DNA of 64,000 bases from NCBI GenBank assembly GCA_017482355.1, contig JAFUNJ010000008.1, positions 24,790 through 88,789 on the forward strand, written 5' to 3'. Positions 15,884-24,512 of this stretch are shown one piece after another (within the stretch, counting starts at the first letter, position 1; each line of letters begins with the position of its first letter). The DNA comes from Clostridia bacterium. Lineage in GTDB: Bacteria; Bacillota; Clostridia; Oscillospirales; CAG-272. Both the position numbers and the translations under genes were made by a program. A model generated the notes under the pieces. That model was not told the DNA's origin. It did not search any database and was given only the letters and a program-made list of their open reading frames with translations.

Positions 15884-15996
15884 TATTTTCCTCGCAAAAA
15901 ATAGTTAAAATAATTATAACACATTTTTCCGCCAGTGTAAACAGATTTGAACAAAATATATATTATTATAAAATTATAAATTTTTCAGAGTATAAA

Positions 15997-16025
15997 TTGA
16001 CTTATTTCTCTGTATGTGCTATAAT
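15997..16025 (+). promoter_or_regulatory. SigA-type promoter TTGACT-17-TATAAT upstream of ruvC
   Basis: TTGACT at 15997-16002, 17-nt spacer, TATAAT at 16020-16025. Confidence 0.65.
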
Positions 16026-16077
16026 AGTATGAATTATAATGCCCAAGGTGTTTATATACAGCGGGAAAGAGGAAAAA

Positions 16078-16578
16078 ATGATAATTTTGGGTATCGACCC
16101 CGGGCTTGCGATAGTCGGATACGGAGTAATCGACTGTACGAAGGGCGTCTTCACGACAATTGCATACGGCGCGATAACGACACCTGCGCACACAAAGGTT
16201 GAGGATCGTTTAAGTCAGATATACGACGGAATGACGGCGCTTATCGAAAAGTATCATCCGGCAGAAATGGCAATAGAGGAGCTTTTCTTCACGAATAATA
16301 TTACGACTGGCATATCGGTTGCCGAAGCAAGAGGAGTTGCACTCCTTGCGGCAAAGAAAAAGGGCGTTACGATATACGAATATACGCCGCTTCAGGTAAA
16401 GCAGTCTGTCGTCGGATACGGTAAAGCGGAGAAAAAGCAGGTGCAGATGATGGTGCAGACGATTCTGAAGCTTGAAAAAATGCCGAAGCTCGACGATACC
16501 GCCGACGCGCTTGCGATAGCGATCTGTCACGCACACACGGGCGCATCGCGAATCAAGGGCTATTATAACGTAAAATAA
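16078..16578 (+). CDS. ruvC: Crossover junction endodeoxyribonuclease RuvC
   Basis: Start at ATG 16078 (MIILGIDPGLAIVGYG..). Catalytic motifs GIDPG, AIEELFF and DTADALAIAICH. Confidence 0.9.
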   Translation: MIILGIDPGLAIVGYGVIDCTKGVFTTIAYGAITTPAHTKVEDRLSQIYDGMTALIEKYHPAEMAIEELFFTNNITTGISVAEARGVALLAAKKKGVTIYEYTPLQVKQSVVGYGKAEKKQVQMMVQTILKLEKMPKLDDTADALAIAICHAHTGASRIKGYYNVK

Positions 16579-16588
16579 GGAGTAAAGC

Positions 16589-17191
16589 ATGTACTACTAC
16601 ATAAGCGGAGAGCTGGTGCTCGCCGATCCCGTAAACGCGGTGATCGACGCGCAGGGCGTAGGATACAGAATAAATATCAGCGGAAACACGCTCGGAAAGC
16701 TTGCAGGCAAGATCGGAAGTAACGTTCGCCTCTATACGCATTTAAGCGTAAAGGAGGACGCGATGGAGCTTTACGGCTTCTATACGCTTGAAGAGCTGTC
16801 CACGTTCAGAATGCTTATATCCGTTTCCGGTGTGGGAGCAAAATCGGCGATCTCGATCCTTTCGCTTATGTCCCCCGAGCGTTTTGCGCAGGCAGTCGTA
16901 AACGGTGACGCAAAGGCAATAGCTAAGGCGCAGGGCATCGGCTCAAAGACCGCGCAGAGGATAATTCTCGAGCTTAAGGATAAGATCGGTAAGGAGCTTT
17001 CGACTGACGGAGATTACGTTCTCGAAACCGAAGCCGAAGCGTCCGGCTCAAGCAATATCGCCGCCGCGACGGACGGACTTCTTGTCCTCGGCTATACAAG
17101 AAGCGAAGCGGCATACGCGCTCAAGGGACTCGATCCGTCGCTTGAGGTTGAGGTGCTGATAAGAACCGCGCTTTCAAAGCTTATGAAGTAA
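16589..17191 (+). CDS. ruvA: Holliday junction branch migration complex subunit RuvA
   Basis: MYYYISGEL..VGYRINIS..; HhH motifs ISVSGVGAKSAISIL and AQGIGSKTAQRIILELK. Confidence 0.9.
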   Translation: MYYYISGELVLADPVNAVIDAQGVGYRINISGNTLGKLAGKIGSNVRLYTHLSVKEDAMELYGFYTLEELSTFRMLISVSGVGAKSAISILSLMSPERFAQAVVNGDAKAIAKAQGIGSKTAQRIILELKDKIGKELSTDGDYVLETEAEASGSSNIAAATDGLLVLGYTRSEAAYALKGLDPSLEVEVLIRTALSKLMK

Positions 17192-17203
17192 GGAGAGGGA
17201 ATA

Positions 17204-18286
17204 ATGGCTGAATTTGATAGCGAATTTGAATATGATTTTGAGTCGCGCATAGTTTCCTCGTCCTTCTCGGAAAGCGAAGACAGAGAAAATGAGCCGACGC
17301 TCCGCCCAAAGACCCTTGACGAATACATCGGTCAGGAAAAGGCGAAGGAGCAGCTTAAAATTTATATTGACGCCGCAAAGAGCAGAGGCGAGGTGCTTGA
17401 CCACGTTCTTCTTTACGGACCTCCCGGACTCGGTAAAACCACTCTTTCCGCGATAATCGCAAACGAAATGGGAGTTAATATAAGAGTAACGTCAGGCCCC
17501 GCGATCGAAAAGGGTGGCGATCTCGTTGCTATCCTTACGAATCTCGGTGAAAACGATATTCTCTTTATCGACGAAATACACCGCCTGCCTAAAACCGTTG
17601 AGGAAATACTCTATCCCGCGATGGAGGATTACGTAGTTGACCTCATAATCGGTAAAGGCCCTGCGGCAAGAAGCATACCGCTCAGTCTTTCTAAATTCAC
17701 TCTTATCGGTGCAACGACACGTGCAGGACAGATCGCAACGCCGCTTCGCGACCGATTCGGCGTGGTATTGAAGCTTGAACTCTATACAGTGGACGAGCTT
17801 GCAACCATCGTAAAGAGAAGCGCGGGAATCCTTAATATCCCGATCGACGAATACGGCGCAAGGGAGATCGCGTCAAGAAGCCGCGGTACTCCGCGTATCG
17901 CCAACCGGCTTCTTAAGCGCGTGCGTGACTTCGCACAGGTCAAGGGAAGCGGTATCATAGACCGCGAGATAGCCGACTACGCGCTTAACCGACTTGAAAT
18001 TGACAAGCTCGGTCTCGATGCAGTCGACAGAAGAATGCTTGAGGTAATAATCAAGTTTTACGGCGGCGGTCCCGTTGGTCTTGATACTCTCGCTGCAACA
18101 GTCGGCGAGGAGGCGATAACGATCGAGGATGTCTACGAGCCCTACCTTATGCAGATCGGCTTCTTAAGCCGTACACCGCGTGGCAGATGCGTAACGCGCC
18201 TTGCATACGAGCATCTCGGTATTCCGTTCGGAAACAACACCGTAGCAGGAAACCAGCTCGATATCTTTAACACACAAGAGGACTAA
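17204..18286 (+). CDS. ruvB: Holliday junction ATP-dependent DNA helicase RuvB
   Basis: [12 protein letters not shown], Walker [10 protein letters not shown], Walker [24 protein letters not shown]. Confidence 0.95.
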   Translation: MAEFDSEFEYDFESRIVSSSFSESEDRENEPTLRPKTLDEYIGQEKAKEQLKIYIDAAKSRGEVLDHVLLYGPPGLGKTTLSAIIANEMGVNIRVTSGPAIEKGGDLVAILTNLGENDILFIDEIHRLPKTVEEILYPAMEDYVVDLIIGKGPAARSIPLSLSKFTLIGATTRAGQIATPLRDRFGVVLKLELYTVDELATIVKRSAGILNIPIDEYGAREIASRSRGTPRIANRLLKRVRDFAQVKGSGIIDREIADYALNRLEIDKLGLDAVDRRMLEVIIKFYGGGPVGLDTLAATVGEEAITIEDVYEPYLMQIGFLSRTPRGRCVTRLAYEHLGIPFGNNTVAGNQLDIFNTQED

Positions 18287-18289
18287 AAT

Positions 18290-19150
18290 ATGTGGTCAGC
18301 TGACAACTGGAAGGATTATTCTCTACTTGACTGCTCCGACGGATGCCGCCTTGAAAAGTGGGGTGGCTATACACTAATCCGCCCCGACCCGCAGGTAATT
18401 TGGAAAAACTGCCGAGCACATTCGGCATGGAAAAAGGCGGATGCAGTATATAACCGTTCAAAAAGCGGCGGCGGAAGCTGGAACGAAAATAAACTTCCCG
18501 AGGAATGGAAGATAAATTACCGCGACCTTACCTTCTCGATAAAGCCGATGGGCTTCAAGCATACGGGACTTTTCCCCGAGCAGGCGGTAAACTGGGACTG
18601 GTTCTCGGCTCTCATCAAGAACGCAAACCGTCCGATCAAGGTTCTTAACCTCTTCGCGTATACAGGAGGAGCAACGGTTGCGGCGGCAAAGGCAGGCGCA
18701 TCGGTCTGCCACGTCGACGCATCAAAGGGAATGGTGCAGAGAGCCAAGGAAAACGCGGCATTAAGCGGACTTTCAAATGCGCCGATCAGATATATAGTCG
18801 ACGACTGCTTCAAATTTTGCGAAAGAGAAAAGAGAAGAGGCAACACTTACGACGCAATCATAATGGACCCGCCCTCCTACGGACGCGGACCGAACGGAGA
18901 AAAATGGACGCTTGAGGATAATATAGACAGCTTCGTTGCCCTTGCGTCGACGCTTCTTTCCGATAACCCGCTCTTCTTCTTGCTCAATTCCTATACGACG
19001 GGGCTTTCTGCTTCGACAATGGGATATATTGTCGGAAAGAACATAATACCGAAGCACGGCGGAAAGGTGATCTCGGACGAGATCGGACTTCCCGTCGAAC
19101 AAACAGGATGGTCGCTTCCTTGCGGAGCGTCTTCAAGATGGACGAAATAA
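18290..19150 (+). CDS. Class I SAM-dependent methyltransferase (RlmI/YwbD-like rRNA methyltransferase C-terminal type)
   Basis: VLNLFAYTGGATVAAAKAGA (motif I), IIMDPPSYG (motif IV DPPxF/Y-like). Confidence 0.75.
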   Translation: MWSADNWKDYSLLDCSDGCRLEKWGGYTLIRPDPQVIWKNCRAHSAWKKADAVYNRSKSGGGSWNENKLPEEWKINYRDLTFSIKPMGFKHTGLFPEQAVNWDWFSALIKNANRPIKVLNLFAYTGGATVAAAKAGASVCHVDASKGMVQRAKENAALSGLSNAPIRYIVDDCFKFCEREKRRGNTYDAIIMDPPSYGRGPNGEKWTLEDNIDSFVALASTLLSDNPLFFLLNSYTTGLSASTMGYIVGKNIIPKHGGKVISDEIGLPVEQTGWSLPCGASSRWTK

Positions 19151-19168
19151 TTTTCTGAAGGATATAAA

Positions 19169-20032
19169 ATGTCAGTACCTTTTATAAAGGTTGAAGATCT
19201 CATCTTCACCTATGATGACGAAGACAGTATAGATAAGCATTACGTGTTGAAAAATCTGTCCCTTGAAATAGAAAAGGGATCCTTTGTTTGTGTCCTCGGA
19301 CATAACGGATCGGGAAAGAGCACATTTGCAAAGCTCCTTAATATGATACTATCACCCGATGAAGGAAAAATATATATAGACGGTTTCGATATCACCAATC
19401 CCGATATAACCGAGGACGACCTCTTCGAGATAAGAAGAAAGGTCGGAATGGTGTTCCAAAATCCCGATAACCAGCTTGTGGCAACGATCGTCGAGGAGGA
19501 CGTGGCTTTCGGACCCGAAAACCTGGGAGTTGAGCCGTCGGAGATCAGACGCCGCGTTGACAGTGCTCTTGAAACGGTTGGAATGTCGGAATATGCGACA
19601 CACGCGCCTCACCGTCTCTCGGGCGGACAGAAGCAGAGAGTTGCGATCGCAGGAATTATTGCGATGCAGCCGGAGTGCATAATCTTTGACGAATCGACGG
19701 CAATGCTCGACCCTCAGGGCAGAGCAGAGGTTATGAATACGATCGCTAAGCTAAACAGCGAGCAGGGAATTACAGTCATCCATATAACGCATAATATGGA
19801 CGAAGCGGTAAAAGCTGATCGCGTCGTCGTTATTAACGAGGGCGAGATATTCCTTGACGGTACACCGAAGGAAGTCTTCTCAAACGTTGAAAAGCTTCGC
19901 CGCGCAGGTCTTGATGTTCCGCAGGTAACGGAGCTGTTCTACGATCTGTCGCATCACGGCGTAGATCTCCCTTCTGATATTCTTTGCGAAGAGGAGGGGG
20001 CGGAAATCCTTTCCGCGTGGCTTAAAAAATGA
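19169..20032 (+). CDS. ecfA1: Energy-coupling factor transporter ATPase EcfA1
   Basis: GHNGSGKST, LSGGQKQRVAIAG, IIFDESTAMLD; first of the ecfA1-ecfA2-ecfT-truA set. Confidence 0.9.
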   Translation: MSVPFIKVEDLIFTYDDEDSIDKHYVLKNLSLEIEKGSFVCVLGHNGSGKSTFAKLLNMILSPDEGKIYIDGFDITNPDITEDDLFEIRRKVGMVFQNPDNQLVATIVEEDVAFGPENLGVEPSEIRRRVDSALETVGMSEYATHAPHRLSGGQKQRVAIAGIIAMQPECIIFDESTAMLDPQGRAEVMNTIAKLNSEQGITVIHITHNMDEAVKADRVVVINEGEIFLDGTPKEVFSNVEKLRRAGLDVPQVTELFYDLSHHGVDLPSDILCEEEGAEILSAWLKK

Positions 20033-20892
20033 CGAAATTGAAGCTTGTAGACGTAAACTATACCTACAGTGAAGGCACGCCCTTCCGTAAGGATGCTTTG
20101 CGTAATATCAATATTGAAATCGAAGATAACTGCATAACAGGACTTATCGGACACACGGGATGCGGTAAGTCAACCCTTGTCCAACTTCTTAACGGACTTC
20201 TTTTCCCAACGTCGGGCGAGGTCATGTTCGACGGAAATAATATAAAGGAAAAGGGCTACGATCTTAAGACCTTGCGCCATAAGGTCGGTCTTGTATTCCA
20301 GTATCCCGAGTATCAGCTCTTTGAGGATACAGTGTACGATGACATCGCGTTCGGACCTAAAAATATGGGACTTCCTAAGGACGAGATCGACCGCCGTATA
20401 AAAGAAGCGGCGCTGTTTGTCGGTCTTGAAGAAAGATATTTTGAGGTTTCCCCCTTTGATCTTTCGGGCGGACAGAAAAGACGCGTCGCTATTGCGGGAA
20501 TAATGGCAATGGATCCCGACGTTCTTATTCTCGACGAGCCGGCGGCAGGACTTGACCCTATCGGACGCGAGGAGATACTCGGAGGCATATACTCTTATCA
20601 GAGAAAGAGAAAGAACGCAGTCGTTATCGTCAGCCACAGTATGGAGGACATGGCGCGCTATTCCGATAAGCTCATCGTTATGAATGACGGTGAGGTGTTT
20701 ATGCAGGGAAATTGCCGCGAGGTCTTCTCGGAGACGGATAAGCTTCTGTCGGTCGGACTTGACGTTCCGCAGATAACGAAGTTCATGCGTGCACTGAAGA
20801 GTAAGGGCATCGACGTGAGAACAGATATATTCACGGTCGATGAGGCAAAGGCAGAGATCCTTTCGAAGATGGGAGGATGCGGCAATGCTTAA
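20029..20892 (+). CDS. ecfA2: Energy-coupling factor transporter ATPase EcfA2
   Basis: GHTGCGKST, LSGGQKRRVAIAG, LILDEPAAGLD; 4-nt overlap with ecfA1. Confidence 0.9.
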   Translation: MTKLKLVDVNYTYSEGTPFRKDALRNINIEIEDNCITGLIGHTGCGKSTLVQLLNGLLFPTSGEVMFDGNNIKEKGYDLKTLRHKVGLVFQYPEYQLFEDTVYDDIAFGPKNMGLPKDEIDRRIKEAALFVGLEERYFEVSPFDLSGGQKRRVAIAGIMAMDPDVLILDEPAAGLDPIGREEILGGIYSYQRKRKNAVVIVSHSMEDMARYSDKLIVMNDGEVFMQGNCREVFSETDKLLSVGLDVPQITKFMRALKSKGIDVRTDIFTVDEAKAEILSKMGGCGNA

Positions 20893-21718
20893 AGATATAA
20901 CGCTAGGACAGTTTTTCCCGGGAAAATCCTTTCTTCATAAGATAGACCCGAGAACGAAAATAATTTCGGCACTGCTCTATATCGTTGCAGTGTTCCTTTG
21001 CGATTCCATTATGTCCTTTATCATACTCCTCGTTGCGACTCTAATACTGATCGCGATGTCCGGTGTACCGATAAAGATAATTGTCAAGGGTCTTAAACCC
21101 CTGATATTCATACTCGCATTTACGACGATATATAACGTGTTCTTCTATAAGGGAGATACGCCTCCGCTTGTACATTGGAAGTTTATTACGATATACGCGG
21201 AAGGACTCGTGTTCGCAGTAATTATGGCGCTTCGTATAATATGTCTTTTGGCAGGAAGCTCTGTTCTTATGACGTATACGACCTCTCCAATAATGCTGAC
21301 AGACGGTATCGAGCGTCTGCTTTCGCCTTTGAATAAAATAAAGGCGCCTGTTCACGAATTCGCAATGATGATGTCGATAGCACTTCGCTTTATCCCGACA
21401 CTCGTTGAGGAAACAGACAAAATAATGAGCGCGCAGAAGGCACGCGGAGCTGATTTTAACTCGGGCGGACTTATCAAGAGAGCGAGGGCGCTTATACCCG
21501 TTCTCGTACCGCTGTTTATCTCTGCATTTCGTCGAGCAAGCGATCTTGCGGTCGCTATGGAGTGCCGCTGTTATCGCGGAGGAAGCGGAAGAACGAGAAT
21601 GACGAAAACGCGCTTCGGCGCACGTGACGCATTCCTTTTTATCGCAATACTGCTTCTCGGAACGGCAATAGTACTGTCTAATATCTACTCGTATTATTTC
21701 CCGATCTGGTTGACATAG
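20885..21718 (+). CDS. ecfT: Energy-coupling factor transporter transmembrane protein EcfT
   Basis: Start at ATG 20885 (MLKDITLGQFFPGKSFLHKIDPRTK), overlapping the ecfA2 stop. Conserved ARG..motif region AQKARGADF. Confidence 0.9.
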   Translation: MLKDITLGQFFPGKSFLHKIDPRTKIISALLYIVAVFLCDSIMSFIILLVATLILIAMSGVPIKIIVKGLKPLIFILAFTTIYNVFFYKGDTPPLVHWKFITIYAEGLVFAVIMALRIICLLAGSSVLMTYTTSPIMLTDGIERLLSPLNKIKAPVHEFAMMMSIALRFIPTLVEETDKIMSAQKARGADFNSGGLIKRARALIPVLVPLFISAFRRASDLAVAMECRCYRGGSGRTRMTKTRFGARDAFLFIAILLLGTAIVLSNIYSYYFPIWLT

Positions 21719-21730
21719 GAAGATAATGCT

Positions 21731-22465
21731 GTGAAGTATTTAATGACAATTTCATACGACGGCAGAAATTACTGCGGCTACCAGAAGCAGAAAAACGGCG
21801 TGTCGGTACAGGAAAAGCTGACAGATGCCGCTACGGCACTTTTTGGAGACGGTACTAAAATAACGGGATGCTCACGTACCGACAGCGGAGTTCACGCAGT
21901 CGCGTTTAAAGCAACACTTGAAAGCGAAAATGCTAAGATCAAGCCCGAAAAGCTGCCGTCGGCACTTAACGCGCATCTTCCGCCCGATATATCGGTAAGA
22001 GAAGCCGTCAAGGTGGACGAGGGGTTTCACCCCCGCTATTCCGTCAAGGAAAAGGAATACAGATATGTTATCTGTAACGCATCTACCCGTGATCCGTTTT
22101 CGGAAGGAAGAGCATACTTTTTCCCGAAAAAGCTTGATGCCGAAAAAATGGATGAAGCCGCGCAGTACCTTGTCGGAAAGCACGATTTCAGCGCGTTCAT
22201 GGCATCCGGCTCAAAGATCGAGGATGCCGTAAGAGAAATATATTCCTGCTCTGTAACCCGAGAGGGTGATAACGTTATCGTATCGGTTCGCGGAAACGGA
22301 TTTCTCTATAATATGGTAAGAATAATCGTCGGTACGCTTATAGCAGTATCCGACGGCAAAATTGAAATAACCGATATTGCAAAAATAATAGAAAGCAAGG
22401 ACCGTAAAAATGCAGGACCGACTGCCCCGGCAGAAGGACTGTATCTGTACGACGTAAAGTATTGA
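21731..22465 (+). CDS. truA: tRNA pseudouridine(38-40) synthase TruA
   Basis: GTG start with AGGAAG RBS. ISYDGRNYCGYQKQ, catalytic GCSRTDSGVHA, GNGFLYNMVRIIVGTL. Confidence 0.9.
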   Translation: MKYLMTISYDGRNYCGYQKQKNGVSVQEKLTDAATALFGDGTKITGCSRTDSGVHAVAFKATLESENAKIKPEKLPSALNAHLPPDISVREAVKVDEGFHPRYSVKEKEYRYVICNASTRDPFSEGRAYFFPKKLDAEKMDEAAQYLVGKHDFSAFMASGSKIEDAVREIYSCSVTREGDNVIVSVRGNGFLYNMVRIIVGTLIAVSDGKIEITDIAKIIESKDRKNAGPTAPAEGLYLYDVKY

Positions 22466-22479
22466 GAAAGGAGGCAAAA

Positions 22480-23766
22480 ATGGAGGACAAAAATAAGGCG
22501 CAGGTCCCTGCCGAAAAGGAAAAACCGCAAAAAAGCGGATACAAGCTCATAAAAAAGAGAAGCTCGGTCGTTATGCCTAAGGCAAAATATGACGGCGCTT
22601 TTGAAAAAGAAAATCCGTATTATATAAAGATAGCGAATAAATACGCGATCCTGAAGTATATATCAATTTTATTGACCTTTGTTTTTGCCGTAACTATGCT
22701 AAGCGCATACAGCTCTGACATAACGCCGGAGAATTTTCAATATCTATTAAAGGACCTCGATATTACAGGAGCTATCTCGGGAAGTAAATTCGACTCTGTA
22801 ATATATAACGGCGGTTCAAGTTCATCCTTCGGTATATACAGAGGAGAGCTGGCGGTCATAAACGCCGGTTCGACCATGCTTTATAAGCCGTCGGGTGCGC
22901 TTTCGTACAGTGATACGAACAAGTTTTATAATCCTCGCCTCGTTATTTCGGATAAATATATGCTGATATACGACAGAGGAGATACGACACACACCTATTC
23001 AATACATAATTCTTTTGCAAAGCTGCATGAGGAACGCTTCGAATACCCAATCGTTCTTGCAGATATGTCAAACAAAGGAAGCTACGCGGTAGTAACAAGA
23101 GACGACAGCTTCCGAAGCATCGTATACGTTTACGATGAGAATTTTAACCTGAAAAATACCGTAAGAAAGGATAAATACGTCCTTTCCGTCAGTATAAATG
23201 ACGCAGGAAATAAAATGGTGATCGCGTCGGTATACGATAAAGACGGTGCGTTTGAAAGCGAGATACTTGTCCTCGGAATGTCAAACGGTAAGCCCGATTT
23301 TACCGTGATCGAAAACGGAAAGATTCCGCTTAAAAGCGAGTGGCTGAAAAACGGAGACCTCGCCGTCGTTTATTCCGACAGTGTAGTTATTTATTCGTCA
23401 AAGGGCGATAAACGCGCAACGCTTCAGTTCAGCGGTCATTCATCACATAATCTTGAATTAAATTCATCACTGATCGTTTCAGTGTATAATACAACGGTCC
23501 TCGGTTACGATAAAACAGTAAATATTTACGACGTTAACGCCGAGCTTATAATGACGTCGTCGATGGAGGGAGAGCTTATAAAGATACTTCCCGGAAGTGA
23601 AAAGGTCTGTCTTCTTTTCGAAGATAGGGCAGTGCTTATCGACGTAACATCAAAGACCGTAAATGAAGCGCCCGTCAAGCCGAATGCAAAGGACGTGGCG
23701 TTCTACGATGACACCGTAATAGTCTGCTATTCAGGTGGTGCCGAACCGCTTGATTTCGGCAAATGA
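22480..23766 (+). CDS. Membrane-anchored hypothetical protein with beta-rich (propeller-like) ectodomain (possibly DUF5711 family)
   Basis: ATG 22480 follows AGGAGG (22469-22474). K/E-rich cytoplasmic N-terminus, a single TM (ILKYISILLTFVFAVTMLSAY), then about 340 aa of beta-rich sequence. Family name is from memory only. Confidence 0.65.
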   Translation: MEDKNKAQVPAEKEKPQKSGYKLIKKRSSVVMPKAKYDGAFEKENPYYIKIANKYAILKYISILLTFVFAVTMLSAYSSDITPENFQYLLKDLDITGAISGSKFDSVIYNGGSSSSFGIYRGELAVINAGSTMLYKPSGALSYSDTNKFYNPRLVISDKYMLIYDRGDTTHTYSIHNSFAKLHEERFEYPIVLADMSNKGSYAVVTRDDSFRSIVYVYDENFNLKNTVRKDKYVLSVSINDAGNKMVIASVYDKDGAFESEILVLGMSNGKPDFTVIENGKIPLKSEWLKNGDLAVVYSDSVVIYSSKGDKRATLQFSGHSSHNLELNSSLIVSVYNTTVLGYDKTVNIYDVNAELIMTSSMEGELIKILPGSEKVCLLFEDRAVLIDVTSKTVNEAPVKPNAKDVAFYDDTVIVCYSGGAEPLDFGK

Positions 23767-23790
23767 CAGTATTTGAAGGGAGATAATATA

Positions 23791-24486
23791 ATGTCACTTT
23801 TGATCGACGTTATTGTAATAGCCGCGTTTGCGGGTTGCCTCATACGCGGTATAAGAAAGGGCTTTGTTAAAAGCATTATCGGAATTGTCGTAGTTATTGC
23901 GGCAATATTCGCAAGCGTTCATATCAGCCCATCCTTGGCAGGAGTAATGGAAGATAAATTCGTTCACAAGGCAGTTGTATCCGCCGCAAAGGATTCGATA
24001 CCGCAGGTTGATACCGAGACGCTCGTAAATGAAATGCCGCCTGCATTTAAAAAGTCTCTTGACCGTTTCAGAACAGACCCCGACGACGTAAGGGAGCTTT
24101 TTGAAAACAGCGACATAAATGAGGCAGAGGAACAAAAGCGTAACAAAATTGCCGAAACAATGGCTGCGCCGCTTTCAAAAGCTATATCGAAAGCGCTTGC
24201 GTTCTTAGTGGTGTTTGTTGTACTGTATCTCGTCCTATTTATCATATCAATGATAATATGCACAGTTGTTAAGCTTCCACTGCTGAGGACTGCTGATAAG
24301 CTTCTCGGAGCGATCCTCGGAGGAGCCTCCGGTCTGCTTCTGGCATGGGGTATCAGTCTTGCGATATGTGCGCTCCTGCCTCACCTTTCGGTTCTTTACG
24401 ACGGAGTCGTGCCCGAAACGGTGATCGACAATTCCATAGTTGTAAAATTCATCGGTAAATTTGATCCCTTTAAGCTTATAAAATAA
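23791..24486 (+). CDS. CvpA family membrane protein (colicin V production protein-like)
   Basis: Start at ATG 23791 (MSLLIDVIVIAAFAGCLIRGIRKGFVKS..), the characteristic CvpA N-terminus. 4 TM segments. Confidence 0.75.
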   Translation: MSLLIDVIVIAAFAGCLIRGIRKGFVKSIIGIVVVIAAIFASVHISPSLAGVMEDKFVHKAVVSAAKDSIPQVDTETLVNEMPPAFKKSLDRFRTDPDDVRELFENSDINEAEEQKRNKIAETMAAPLSKAISKALAFLVVFVVLYLVLFIISMIICTVVKLPLLRTADKLLGAILGGASGLLLAWGISLAICALLPHLSVLYDGVVPETVIDNSIVVKFIGKFDPFKLIK

Positions 24487-24512
24487 GCAAAAACCCAATT
24501 TGGAGAAATAAT

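Noticed and set aside
15901-15995. AT-rich stretch (..atttttccgccagtgtaaacag..aaatatatattattataaaatt..) that superficially recalls Firmicute dif/XerCD sites or an origin region, located at a strand switch.
   Set aside because: It cannot be arranged into the 11-6-11 dif architecture with recognisable arms. I noticed no DnaA boxes (TTATCCACA) and there is no dnaA or dnaN nearby. It is more simply the divergent promoter region of yfhO and ruvC.
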